The notes: a model not told the origin generated them from the sequence alone. Counted from the stretch's first letter, positions 28,265 through 41,481 are shown. The stretch is 64,000 nucleotides of DNA from Octopus vulgaris (GCA_951406725.2 OX597842.1:2418001-2482000), one strand, 5' to 3'. A program made the numbers and translations.

Positions 28265-29010
28265 ATAGGTATGGCTGTGTGGTAAGAAGCTTGCTTCTCA
28301 ACCACATGGTTCTGAGTTCAGTCCCACTGCATGGCACCTTGGGCATCTTCTAATATAGCCTTGGGCTGACCAAAGCTTTCTGATTGGATTTGATAGATGG
28401 AAACTGAAAGAAGCCCATCATGTATATATATGTGTGTTTGTGTCTGTTTGTCCTCCCCTACCTGCTTGACAACCGCTGTTGGTATGTTTATGTCCCTGTA
28501 ACCCCATGGTTTGTCTAAAAGAGACCAATAGAATAAATACCAGCAAAAAAGGCGGCGAGCTGGCAGAATTGTTAGCACGCTGGGTGAAATGCTTAGCAGT
28601 ATTTCGTCTGCCATTACATTCTGAGTTCAAATTCCACTGAGGTCGACTTTGCCTTTCATCCCTTTGGGGTTGATAAATTAAGTACCAGTTACGCACTGGG
28701 GTCGATGTAATCGACTTAATCTGTTTGTCTGTCCTTGTTTGTCCCCTCTATGTTTAGCCCCTTGTGGGTAGTAAAGAAATAGATAAACTAAGTACCAGTT
28801 ACGCACTGGGGTCGATGTAATCGACTTAATCTGTTTGTCTGTCCTTGTTTGTCCCCTCTAAGTTTAGCCCCTTTTGGGTAATAAAGAAATAAGAATAAAT
28901 ACCAGGCTTGGAAAAAATAAGTCCTGGGGAAAATGCGTTCAGATAAAACCCTTCAAGGTGGTGCTCCAGCAAGGCCACAGTCAAATGACTTAAACAAGTA
29001 AAAGAGTAAA
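28265..29010 (+). mobile_element. SINE family A interrupted by a family B SINE (28551-28891) with a duplicated tail
   Basis: 14-bp TSD AGAATAAATACCAG at 28530-28543 and 28892-28905; approx. 110-bp tail duplication. Confidence 0.85.
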
Positions 29011-29269
29011 AAGCAGTCAGACTGACAGCTAGACAGGCTGACAGGCAGGCAAGCAGATGAATAAGGACGTACGAGGTGGTGGGCGTGGGAACGTCAATAT
29101 GGTGTTCTTGAATTAGGGTGGTTGATAGAATTTAAGCCTTGTTATGTATTGAATAATTCATGGAGGCTGATGCGATGGTGGGGTTGTAGGGGGTGGTGCG
29201 GCAGATGTCTAGAGGGAGGGGATGAGGAAGTTAGGTAGGTGGTTGGAGTGGAAGTGGGTGGTGGTTGTT

Positions 29270-30400
29270 GTTGTTTCGTCCCAGGTCAGTCCTGATCCAG
29301 ACTGACCTGTAATCAAAGATGTTCCATCTGTGACCATCCCATCTTTTATTCAGGCATAGTGTATCTAGGACTACATTATCCAATGTATACAACAGTAGTT
29401 AGTATTAGTGGCTATTGTTGCTATTGTTTAGCCCCAGGTCAGTCCTGATCCAGCAGGTATACTATCAAAAATGTTCCAGCTGTGACCATCCCATCTGTTA
29501 TTCAGGCATACTATACATTGTCGAATGTATAGTATAGTAGTTATTATCAGTGGCTATAGTTGTTGCTGTTGTTGTTCTCGTTTAACCCCAGGTCAGTTGT
29601 ATAATGCAGTCTTGGGCTTCTGTCCCATAGATAAAATGCAGGATGGTCACAGCTGGAACGTCTTTTTTCATAACTATATTGGAACAGGACTCACCATGGG
29701 CTAAACAACTATGGCCACTAATACTAACTACTATATTATACATTAGAAATGTAGTCCTAGATACACAATGCCAGAATAAAAATGGGAAGATCACTGCTGG
29801 AACGTCTTTGATCATAGGTCTGCTGGATCAGGACTGACCAGGGGTTAAACAGCAACCACCATAGCCACCAATACTATTATACTATACATTAGATAATGTA
29901 GTACTAAATCTGAATATAAGATGGGATGGTCACGGTTGGAGCACCTATGATCACAAGTCTGTTAGATCAGTACTGACCTGTGGTTAAACAATACCAGCAA
30001 CAACAACTATTGCCACTGATCCAAACTAGTATACTGTACATTAGACAATGTAGTCCTTGATAGATGGGATGGTCACAGCTGGAACAACTTTGATCAGGAC
30101 TAACCTGGGGCTAAACAACAAGAACTAATACTAACTGCTATACATTCAATGGTGTAGTCCTAGATACAATATGTCTGAATAAAAGATGGGATGGCCACAG
30201 CTGGAACATCTTTGATCATAGGTCTGCTGGATCAGGATTGACCTTGGGCTAAACAACATATATATACTAACTATTATACTGTACATTAGATAATGTAGTC
30301 CTTGATAGACTATGTGTGACTAACAGATAGGATGGTCACGGCTGGAACAACTTTGATCATAGGTGTACTAGATCAGGACTAACCTGGAGCTAAGCAACCA
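29270..30400. repeat. Tandem array of an approx. 130-160-bp unit that switches orientation near 29620
   Basis: CCCCAGGTCAGTCCTGATCCAG..GATCAAAGATGTTCCAGCTGTGACCATCCCATC units, then their reverse complements. Confidence 0.85.
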
Positions 30401-30829
30401 CAAGCCTAATTTCCCAACTACTTCCACCATGACCACCACTGCTGAACTTACCATCACCAACTCATTTAATCTTCCTTGTCTTTCATTTACATCTCACCAC
30501 CCCCCGCCTGCCCTCTTTTGTCCCTAACCATCCGGTGGGGAGGAAGGGGTGCATTCTCCAGCTTCTCTGCCCCCTCCTCCGACCCCAGCATTGCAATTCC
30601 TCCCACCCCCCTCTCCTCCATCTGACACAAGACACAACACCGACAGGACATGACCCAGACCCTTAAAACATGTGCACCGATGGCCTCACTCTTTGCTCAT
30701 GCTTTCGAAAGTAGGGGCTGGAGGGTGAGGCGGTGGGAATGCAAGGACCCAGGGATCCCCAACCAGACTGGCATTTCTGGGGCATGTCACTCAGTATCCC
30801 TCATTGCATCGCTCCATCTCCACTACCGA

Positions 30830-31990
30830 GTGGTGGTGATGATGGTGGTGGTGGTAGCGGTGGTAGTGGTGGTGGTGCTAGTGGTGGTGGTGGTGGTAGT
30901 GGTGGTGGTGCTAGTGGTGGTGGTGGTGGTGGTGGTGGTAGCAGTGGTGGTGGTGGTGGTGCTAGTGGTGGTGGTGGTGGTGGCGGTGGTGGTGGTGGTG
31001 GTGGCGGTGGCGGTGGTGGTGGTGGTGATGGTGGTGGTGGTGGTGGTGGTGGTGGCGGTGGTGGTGGTGGTGGTAGTGGTGGTGGTAGTGGTGGTGGTGG
31101 TGGTGGTGGTGGTGGTGGTGGTGGTAGTGGTGGTGGTAGCAGTGGTAGTGGTGGTGGTGCTAGTGGTGGTGGTGGCGGTGGTGGTGGTGGTGGTGGTGGT
31201 GCTAGTGGTGGTGGTGGTGGTGGTGGTGGTGGTGATGGTGGTGGTGGTGGTGGTGGTGGTATAAGTCCCCCTCTTCTTACTATGTTCATCCACTCCCTCA
31301 CTCATCTCACCCTAGTCTCCTGCCTCTTACTACTACTACTGCTGCTGCTACTGCTGCTCTCACTTTCTCTCTCTCTCTCGCTATTTCACTATTTCACTCC
31401 TCCCCTTCAGCCTCCACCGCCTCATCCTCCTCCTCAACTTCTGAACTTCTGTCCTCTTTATTTTTTGCTCCCTTAGCAATTTGTATTTCCACCCCCCACC
31501 ACCCCCCCCATCACTATCACCACCATCACTCATCACTATCACCACCACCACCACCACCACCCCCCCCACCATCACTATCACCACCACCACCACCATCACT
31601 ATTACCACCACCACCACCACCACCATCACCACCACCACCACCACCACCATCACCACCACCACCACTATCACCACCACCATCACTATCACCACCACCACCA
31701 CCACCATCACCACTATCACCACCACCATCACTATCACCACCACCACCACCACCATCACCACTATCACCACCACCATCACTATCACCACCACCATCACCAC
31801 CACCACCACCATCACTATCACCACCACCACCACTATCACCACCATCACTATCACCACCACCACCACCATCACTATCACCACCACTACCACCATCACTATC
31901 ATCACCACCATCACTATCACCACCACCACCACTGATACCATCACTACCACCGTCACCACCACATACTACTACTACTATTACTACTACTAC
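30830..31990. repeat. (GGT)n tract 30830-31260 followed by (CAC/CAT)n tract 31500-31960
   Basis: Direct inspection. Confidence 0.95.
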
Positions 31991-32837
31991 TACTATTATC
32001 TCCATTACTATTGCATGTAGCCATTGCCATGCATCTACTCACACACACACACATAAATATATGTATACATACATATACACTTGTCCCCACCCCCCACAAA
32101 CACCCACAATCCCTCCCACACCATTTCCAGAGTGCTTGACCACAAGATGAGCAGCACTCTATCAGAAAATCACAGAAACCACTTAGCTGCCATACCACTC
32201 CTGCCACCTCCACCACAATCCCCCCACCCCCACAACAACCACTACTACTACTACCACTACCACCACCACCACTACCACCACCACCATCACTACCATCTCC
32301 ACCTTCACTGTTTAGCCACTCCTCCACCTTCACTACCATCACAACCACCACCACCACCGACATTATCATTTAGCCATAACCTGACCAGCGAAACTACTAC
32401 TACTTTTGTATCACACTACCACCATCACAGCCTCTACCACCACCAACACTTCTACCACTATTTAGTCCCCTCCACCCACCACCTTCACTTCCACCATTAA
32501 TAACCCTTCCTAGCCATACCACTCAAATCCCTACCACTGCTGTTATCACCACCACAACCACCACCAATTCTTTGGGCCTATTTGCAAGACATCTACATGG
32601 TCACTTGCTATGCTAGAAACAATAGTTAAATCACTTACCGAAATAAAATGGAGCTCTGTCATATTTTCAGTGTAAGCATTCAGCTAGTTGCTGGATCAAC
32701 TGAGCTATCTGCTCCTTTATAATTAGCATAAGGGGTCTGATCAAAATGTAATAGGACTGGGGTTATAAAAAGGTAACTATGACACATATCATTTCAGCAT
32801 TTAATCCCCTTCTAAGGGGTCCCCTTCTGAAGCCACG

Positions 32838-33040
32838 CACTTCATCCGGTGTAATTTCCAGTGATGGGAGCATTCCTGGAGCTCTTTTTTGGGGATAGAG
32901 AGCAGCTGCCTTTCTGCGTTCTTTTGGATTTACTTGGTGTTTTGGAATCATGGTAGGGTCTCCCACTGCGAAAACTGAGCCTTGGTTTCAGGGCCATAGC
33001 TATAGAGCCACGATTCGTCACCTGTTATGACAGATCTCAA
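32838..33040. repeat. Unclassified approx. 200-bp interspersed repeat, copy 1 (copy 2 at 34703-34902)
   Basis: ACTTCATCCGGTG...ATCATGGTAGGGTCTCCCACTGCGAAAACTGAGCCTTGGTTTCAGGGCCATAGCTATAG shared. Confidence 0.8.
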
Positions 33041-33075
33041 AAAGATTTCATTATCCTCAATGCAATCAAGGAGAC

Positions 33076-33591
33076 ATTATTTACATTATTTACATTTGAT
33101 GGATATTTTTCCTCATCTTGTTTGTTGTTAACACAATGTTTCGGCTGTTATACCCTCCAGCCTTCATCAGATGCCTTGGCGAAATTTCAAACCTGAGTTC
33201 TCATTCCTAGTCTTGGGAACATTTTAAACCTGAGTTCTCATTCCTAAAGTATTTTTTGTTGATATTATTATTATTATTATTATTATTATTCATATATATA
33301 TATGTGTGTGTGTGTATGTTTGTGTGTCTGTGTTTGTTCCCCCAACATCACTTGACAATTGATGCTGGTGTGTTTACGTCGCCGTAACTTAGCGGTTTGG
33401 CAAAAGTGATCGATAGAATAAGTATTAAGCTTAAAAAGAATAAGTCCTGGGGTAGATTTGCTCAACTAAACGCAGTGCTCCAACATGGCCACAATCAAAT
33501 GACTGAAACAAGTAAAAGAGTAGGTCACTGCCTGGAATCGAACTCAGAATCTTGGGGTTAGTAGCCCGCGCTCTTAACCACTACACCATAC
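33076..33591 (-). mobile_element. tRNA-headed SINE with a hammerhead-bearing 3' tail, interrupted by a family A 3' half (about 33293-33521)
   Basis: Head 33523-33591 (A-box TGGTGTAGTGG, B-box GAGTTCGATTCC), (AAT)n linker, HHR at 33130-33175; removing the insertion rejoins TTATTCA|GGTCACTG. Confidence 0.7.
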
Positions 33592-33727
33592 CTTTGGAAT
33601 GAGAACGCAGGTTTGAAATTTCGCCAAGACACCTGATGAAGGCAGGAGGATATATCAGCCAAAACGTTGTGTTAACAACAAACAAGATGAGGACAAATAT
33701 CCATCATATGTAAATAATGTAAATAAT
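33588..33727 (+). mobile_element. Inverted copy of the HHR tail abutting the SINE head
   Basis: GACAC-CTGATGAA-GGCAG...CAGCC-AAAA-CG-TT-GTGTT (33628-33673); reverse complement of 33076-33210. Confidence 0.75.
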
Positions 33728-33891
33728 AGGTGCAGGAGTGGTTGTGTGGTAAGTAGCTTGCTTACCAACTACATGGTTGCGGGTTCAGTCCCACTGCGTT
33801 GCATCTTGGGCAAGTGTCTTCTACTATAGCCTTGGGCCAACCAATGCCTTGTGAGTGGATTTGGTAGACGGAAACTGAAAGAAGCCTGTCG

Positions 33892-33926
<35 letters not shown>

Positions 33927-33955
33927 GTAAAAAATGAAGTTCGAAAATGCTGCTG

Positions 33956-34001
<46 letters not shown>

Positions 34002-34462
34002 ATATGTTTGTGAAAGGTAGGAGAGTCCAGTTTGCTGGACATTGTTGTAGAGCTGAAAAAGAAGTAATTTCTACTCTTCTCCTCTGGAAGCCATCTACTC
34101 GCAGTACCAGAGGGCGCACACTCTCCTACCTTGATGTAATCTCCAGGGATACAGGCATCCAGCAACAGGACCTCCGTAATGCCATGATGGACCGTGAAGT
34201 CTGGCGTAGCATGGTAAATTCCATTGTCTCGACCACGGTCGAACAATGATGAATTATGTTGTGTGTCTGTGTTTGTCCCCCTAGCATTGTTTGACAACCG
34301 ATGCTGGTGTGCTTATGTCCCCGTCACTTAGCGGTTCGGCAAAAGAGACTGATAGAATAAGTACTGGGCTTACGAAGAATAAGTCCCGAGATCGACCTGG
34401 TCGACTAAAGGCGGTGCTCCAGCATGGCCGTAGTCAAATGACTGAAACAAGTAAAAGAGAGT
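33728..34462 (+). mobile_element. SINE family A containing a nested RTE fragment
   Basis: 5' half 33728-33890 and 3' half 34260-34462. Confidence 0.85.
34013..34252 (+). mobile_element. 5'-truncated RTE-clade LINE (ORF2 C-terminus)
   Basis: RRVQFAGHCCR...LLLWKP...RGR..SYLD...DTG...MMDREVWRSMV, stop at 34247-34249, TGATGA tail, flanked by TATGTT(T)GTG. Confidence 0.85.
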
Positions 34463-34644
34463 AACCCCTCATCCCTTAAATAAAGAACTGTACAATCAAG
34501 GAGACCCTGTGTACACTATTTCCAACACTCTATAAACAACAGAAGTGCGTGAAATCGTTAAGACTTGGTGTGCATGTGTGAGAGAGTTCAAGGTTAATCT
34601 GTGCCAAGAAACTTCACTACCATACCAATAGTCCTGGTTCTAAG

Positions 34645-35230
34645 TTAAGTTAATTTTTTTGGCTCAAAAAGCAAAAAGCAAGGCCATGTAGGGGGACATG
34701 TCACTTCATCCGGTGTCATTTCCATTGATGGCAACATTCCTGGAGCTCCTTTTAGGGGACAGCGAGCAGCTGCCATGTTGCATTCTCTTGGATTTCCTGA
34801 ATGTCTTGAAATCATGGTAGGGTCTCCCACTGCGAAAACTGAGCCTTGGTTTCAGGGCCATAGCTATAGCGCCACGATTCGTCACGAGTTATGATAGATC
34901 TCATAAGTGACTTATGATAGACAGGGAGGGTGTTCATGCAAAGAGTTCAGGCCATTTCTGGTCAAGAGAGACTTTGAACCAAGCAGTCGTCAGCATCTTC
35001 ACTATCTTATCCGGCAGCTTATTCCAATGATCCGCAGCCTGGACGGAGAAAGCCCCTCTCCTTCGATTGAGATGAAATCGTCGCAGATAGAGCTTTTCGG
35101 AGTGACCCCGCAGCCGACGCTCTGGAGCAGGGGTGAAGAACAGCTCTTTTGAGAGGTTACACTTTCTGCTTATGATGTTGTGATCAGAGACCTCGTATAG
35201 GTGGCTGAATATTCCACAGACATATTTGGT
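34645..35230 (-). mobile_element. CR1-clade LINE 3' end, interrupted by the 200-bp repeat
   Basis: RLRGHSEKLYLRRFHLNRRRGAFSVQAADHWNKLPDKIVK...FKVSLD; short tandem AACTT tail near 34645. Confidence 0.85.
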
Positions 35231-35819
35231 GAACTCTTTCTGTCTCAAATGACGATGAAGGTTCTGCAATTTTTGGCTGAAGAACCAGAACAGGTTATTT
35301 GTTTGTAGTGATCAAATGGTTGTGCTGTACATTAGCTCACTCTGTTTCCATCGAATTGATGTTGTTCGAACAATGTGCGTCAAGTCAGATGTTGCAGTGA
35401 TTGCAGAGCAGTGTGAAGTATTTTGCTCAAGAAAATCACATGTTGCCCAGTCCGGGAATTGAAGCTACAGTCTCGTTATTGGATGTCCCCATAACTTAGT
35501 GGCTCGGCAAAAGAGACCGATAGAATAAGTACTAGGCTTACAAAGAATAAGTCCTGGGGTAGATTTGCTTGACTAAAAGGCGGTGCTCCAGCATGGCTAC
35601 AGTCAAAATGACTGAAACAAGTAAAAGAATACACACACACACACATTCACGTAATATATAGGTGCAGGCATGGCTGTGTGGTAAGAAGTTTGCTTCCCAA
35701 CCACGTGGTTCCAGGTTCAGTCCCACTGCGTGGCACCTTGGGCAAATGTCTTCTACTATAACAGTTCACACGGATGGGTTACAATAAAGAGAGACCATCA
35801 GAGCAGGGATAATGTTGGA

Positions 35820-36770
35820 GATGATTATGATGATGAGGAAGGCAGTTGTGGTGATGATGGTGGTGGTGGTGGTGATGGCGGTGGTGGTGGTGGTGGTGGT
35901 GGTGGTGGTGGTGGTGGTGGTGGTGGTGGTGGTGGTGGTGGTGGTGGTGGTGGTGGTGGTGGTGGTGGTGGTGATGGTGGTGATAATGGTGGTGGTGGTG
36001 GTGATGGTGGTGGTGGTGGTGGTGATGGTGGTGGTGGTGGTGATGATGAGGATGACCGAGATTGTAATAGGAGTAGTGGTGATGGTAGCGGTAATGATGA
36101 TGATAGCATTGGTGGTGATGATTTGATGATGATGATGGTGATGATGTCAACAATGTTGACCGTGACGATGATGATGATGGTAATGGTGATGGTGGTGGTG
36201 ATACCAATGGTGGCAGCGATGATGTTGATGACTTTGTTGTTGATGATGATGATGATGATGATTGTAGTGGTGATGACGACAATGACAAATACGATGACGA
36301 CAATGATGATGATGATGGTTGTGATGATGGTGGTGGTAATGGTTGATGATGACAACACCACTACCAGCAAAGCCAAGAACAGTGACCAAGATCTCAAGAT
36401 CCATAAGCATTGCAGCCCCACCCCAACATTTTCCGAATACACGTGGTGTTCATGGTGGTGGTCATGGTGGGATGGGGGAGAATTGTGTGCGTGTGGGTGA
36501 CTTTGGAGGCTTGGATTCTTCCTGCCATGGTTTGTTGGTGATGGGGGTGATGTGAACCAGTGAGGGGGTGGACTGATTGGGATCTGCAATTATGTTGGGG
36601 CTGGGGGAAGTAGTGGTGGTGTTGATGGTGGTGGTGGTGGTGGCGGCGGCGGCGGCGGTGGTGGTGGTGGTGGTGATGATAATGGTGGCAGCAGCAGTGG
36701 TGGTGGTGGCGGTGGCGGTGGTGGTGGCGGTGGTGGTTTTAGTGGTGGTGGTGGTGGTGGGGTCAGCAGT
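35820..36770. repeat. (GGT)/(GAT) low-complexity block
   Basis: Direct inspection. Confidence 0.9.
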
Positions 36771-36819
36771 GAGGGTGTATGTGAGAGACAGACAGACAGA
36801 CAGAATGAAGGAGGTTGCA

Positions 36820-36850
<31 letters not shown>

Positions 36851-37190
36851 AGCCAGAGCAGAGCTGTAAGGATTTACAGATAAATAAATGAATAAATAGA
36901 TAAATAAATGGACCCCTTTTTGCTTGCCGGCGGTAGGGGAGGGGACATGGGCTAAATGGAGGGAGTTTGTGGGGGTGGATGGTGGTGGAGAAAACTACAC
37001 TTCCTCCTTTGAACAGATCCTCTCTCTCTTTCTCTCTCTCTCTCACCCCCACCCCTATCGCATTCCTTTTTCCCCCCTCACTCCCTCCCTCCCCCTTTTC
37101 TCTTCCTTATTTCTCCTGATTTATTTGATTCCTTATCTTATTCCTACTTTGTGCTGGGCGGCGGGGTGGGGGGGTGGAATAGGGAAAGGA

Positions 37191-37230
<40 letters not shown>

Positions 37231-37310
37231 TCTCTCACAAAAACACACATACAGACAGAAAAATCATGCACACACAAACACACAAAAACATTCACACACA
37301 TACAAAAATC

Positions 37311-37341
<31 letters not shown>

Positions 37342-38484
37342 ACGCATGCATACACACATACAAAAAAGCCCTCACACACATAAAACACTCACACAGACAC
37401 AAATTAACTCATACACACACACACACACATACACACACATCACCTCCTCCGCCACCAGGAATACCATGTAGAGAAGAGAAAGAGGGAGAGTGAGAGCAAA
37501 GCTAGTGAGAAAGAGAGAGGGAGGGTGCAGAAGGAGAGAGAAAGGGATGCACACATTCCTAGGGCATAGCCATACCCCAATCCCAAAACCACTACCAGCA
37601 CCTCCACCACTCTGAGGGGCTGGGAGCTTGTATAATAAGGTCCCTTGACCTATTAGAAATAGCTGCCAAATCTCCCTTAAATCACTTCCGCATCTCTGTC
37701 CCCTTCCCCTTGCATCAATCTTAATAGTCTTATCTGAGATTACACTAGCCCCTACTGCTGTATTTAGAAATATGATACCTGAGACAGAAAAACATCAACA
37801 ATAAGAAAGGGTGGGCATGGTTGAGTGCTTAAAGAGCTTGCTTTGCAGCCACATGGTTTCAGGTTCACTCCTACCTTCAGTAAGTGTCTTCTTCTGTTGT
37901 ACTGGGGCTCGAATGCTTTGGTTGATGGAAACTGTAAGGAAGCCTTTTTAATTTATTTGTTGCAGTCATTAATCTGCAACCATTAATCTGCACTGTCTTG
38001 AAGAATTTTTAGTTGAATGTATCAACCCTAGTACTTATTCTATTTTTACTCTTTTGTTGAACTGCTAAGTTATAGGAACATAAACAAACCAATACCGGTT
38101 GTCAAGCAGTGGTGGTGAAGAACAAACCCAAACACAAGAATACGCACACAGAGATATCAATATACGTATACATACACGAAGGGCTTCTTTCAGTTTCTGT
38201 CTACTGAATTCACTTACAAGGCTTTGGTCAGCATGAGGCCATAGTAGAAGACACTTGTCCAAGGTGCTGTGCACTGTTTTGTGTAGCATAGGCACTTGAA
38301 AAGCAGAAGAACATCCCTGAAAGATGATGAGTGATTTGGAAGATCCACCACAAGTGTCACCCTTGGAAATGTGGTATTGTGCATCAAGAATTCACTCACC
38401 TCCAAGGTCAGACCATTCAATCAAGAGTTCTACTGCAATATTTGGAAGCGTTTGAGGGAGGACATTTGTCAAGAGCAACTGGGT

Positions 38485-38883
38485 TGGCGAGCTGGCAGAA
38501 ACATTAGTATGCTGGGTGAAATGCTTAGCGGTATTTCGTCTGCCGCTACATTCTGAGTTCAAATTCCACCGAGGTCGACTTTGCCTTTCATCCTTTCAGG
38601 GTCAATTAAATAAGTACCAATTACGCACTGAGATTCGATATTATCGACTTAATCTGTTTGTCAGTCCTTGTTTCTCCTCTCTGTGTATAGCCCCTTGTGG
38701 GTAATAAAGAAATAGGTGTTTCATCTGCCGCTACATTCTGAGTTCAAATTCTTTACTTTCATTCTTTCAGGGTCGATTAAATAAGTACTAGTTATGCACT
38801 GGGGTCGATGTAATCGACTTAATCCCTTTGTCTGCCCTTGTTTGTCCCCTCTATGTTTGTCCCCTTGTGGGCAATAAAGAAAT
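38485..38883 (+). mobile_element. SINE family B with internal partial duplication
   Basis: 14-bp TSD AAGAGCAACTGGGT at 38471-38484 and 38884-38897. Confidence 0.85.
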
Positions 38884-39227
38884 AAGAGCAACTGGGTCTG
38901 TGGAGCACAAAGAATTGGGTTCTTCACCAAGCTCTCCTCACTTGTGAGTTTCTCACCATTAACAACATGGTATGGCTCCTACTCCCACCCTATCCACCAG
39001 ATTTAGCACTTGCCGGCTTCCATCTCACCCCGAAGATGAAAATGCAGCTCAAAGGTTTTTGTTTGAACACCGTTGGTCAAGATCCTAAATGAATTGCAGA
39101 AGGTCCTTGACTTGCTTATGGGAAACAACTTCCCGGCTGGATTCCAAAGGTGGCAGGAACACTGGGACCAATCTATTGTTGTGTAAGGTGACTATTTCAA
39201 AGGGGATGATGTTAAAAGTTAGGTAAA

Positions 39228-39635
39228 TAGGTGCAGGAGTGGCTGTATGTGCTAAGTAGCTTGCTTACCAACCACATGGTTCCAGGTTCAGTCCCACTGT
39301 GTGACACCTTGGGCAAGTGTCTTTTACTATAGCCCCGGGTTGAACAAAGCCTTATGAGTGGATTTGGTCGATGGAAACTGAAAGAAGCCCGTCGTATATA
39401 TGTGTATATATGTGTTTGTGTGTGTGTGTTTGTGTGTCTATGTTTGTCCCCCAGCATCACTTGACAACTAATGCTGGTGCTTTTACGTCCCCGTAACTTA
39501 GCAGTTCAGCAAAAGAGACTGATAGAATATGTACGAGGCTTACAAAGAATAAGCCCTGGGGTAGATTTGCTCAACTAAAGGTGGTGCTCCAGCATGTCCA
39601 TAGTCAAATGACTGAAACAAGTAAAAGAGTAAAGA
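39228..39635 (+). mobile_element. SINE family A
   Basis: Full-length match. Confidence 0.85.
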
Positions 39636-40960
39636 ATATAACTAGTTCCGGGACCTTTTGATACCACCTCATATCTCACAGAGATGAGGGACTGACTGGA
39701 ACACAGTTCAAAGGGTTACCAATGATAACCCAAGCAAATCCTAGCAAATACTTGATGCAGCGATGCGCTGCAATGGTGCATGACTCCTTATCTGACCTAT
39801 TCCATTGTCCAATGAACTGGATCTGAATTGATAAATTAATTTCTAAATAGCCAAAATATTCCAAAGACACTTTTATTCTTTAACATAATTCCTAAGCCAA
39901 ACTACAATAATAAACTATGAGGCTACAGTCCATCTTGTACTCTTTGTAAGTGGCTGAGTATTCCACAGACATACTCTTTTACATGTTTCCGCCATGCAGC
40001 TGCAGTAATGCTGGAGCACCACCATGGATCCTCGTCCACCTGTATGTTATTGTCAGCACAGTAATATTCTTGCCACCCCTAATATGTTGTGGTAGTATTC
40101 CACATCTTATTATCTTTTAACTTTTATCTGGCATTTCTGTGATACACGATCCCTATTTATCATCCCCCCACTTTTTTTTTTTCACGATCCCTTTTGATCA
40201 GAATTCGACCCACTTTTTTGCTTTTTTCCTTCTTCCCAAAAAGAAAAGCTCTACTTTGTGTTTTGTCCCTTCTGTGTTCAGCCCTTTGAGGCCAATAAAG
40301 AAATCTATCTTTAACTTGTTTATCATGCTGCCGATGGTAGCACCACAAGACAATGACTTTGAAACATCTACCTTGACAGTAACTCAAACACATATATATC
40401 ATGTAACTGACACTGACTCCACACTGAGAACTCATACAACCACTCTACTATTACTGACCTCCTACAATGACTGATTGTCTGTCTTTATAGTGGATGCTTC
40501 ATACCACTTTGTCACATGCGAAGAGGAGTACTATTTTCACTACAACACATAACCTTAATATTATTCCCTGGCTGATTCAGTGTGTCACAATGAACAACAA
40601 AACTACCTTTTGAAATACAGTTCCTTTTGTATGCTTTCTGTAATAAAGTGAGAGTGAGAAGGAAAAAAAAAAACTAAAAGACACAAAGTTTTTGAAGTTG
40701 AACAGAACAGAAAGAGGGACGAAATAGTAGAAAATGAAAATTTAGCACTGTATTGGCAGAAGAGAAGCAGAAACAGTTACATAAAAAGGGAAGAGGAAGA
40801 GGAAAAGATGGGCATGCACAAACTTAAATAGGCACAAGCAAGATAAGAAGTTTACTTCCCAACCACATGGAAATGGGTTCACTCCTACTGCGTGGCACCT
40901 TGGGCTGACCAAAACCTTGTGAGTGGATTAAGTTGACAGAAACTGAAAGAAGCCCAGCGC

Positions 40961-41066
<106 letters not shown>

Positions 41067-41296
41067 GTAAAAAGTAAAAAATATATACAAACTGGGACAA
41101 GAACGTGAAACACCTAGAAGGCGACACAAGAACCACAGGACGGGACATTTGAAGCCCTCAGTCATCAGTCAAGAACCCGATCATCTTCGCAATTTCGGCT
41201 GATTAATCTTGAGATATATATATGTATATATATATATGTATATATATATAACAATAATAAATCTCTGAGCGAGGTATAAACAGTAACTGCTCTTTA

Positions 41297-41481
41297 ATAT
41301 AAGCGGGATCAGCCATCTGAATGTGGCTAGGGACAGGGCGGGTGGTGGGGGTGTTCCTGATGCATTTAGCCCCAGGCGACTATTGACGTCACCAGAAGAG
41401 CCGACACCATCACGGCCAGCAAGGACACCGTGATGGTGTCGGCCTTCTGTCCCTAGCCACATTCCCAGATGGCTGATCCCG

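Larger units (their letters stand above)
38290..39672 (+). mobile_element. Decayed mariner transposon interrupted by two SINEs
   Basis: GIVHQEF..GQT.NQEFYCNIWKRLREDI (about 38372-38470), PPYPPDLALAGFHL.PKMKMQLKG (about 38985-39057), WQEHW...GDYFKGD, TIR-like end GGACCTTTTGATACCACCTCATA. Confidence 0.75.

Noticed and set aside
33523-33591. tRNA gene
   Set aside because: Has A and B boxes but no clean acceptor stem or terminator; it is a SINE head
39676-39870. Possible exon in unique sequence
   Set aside because: No recognisable protein motif and ambiguous splice sites on both strands
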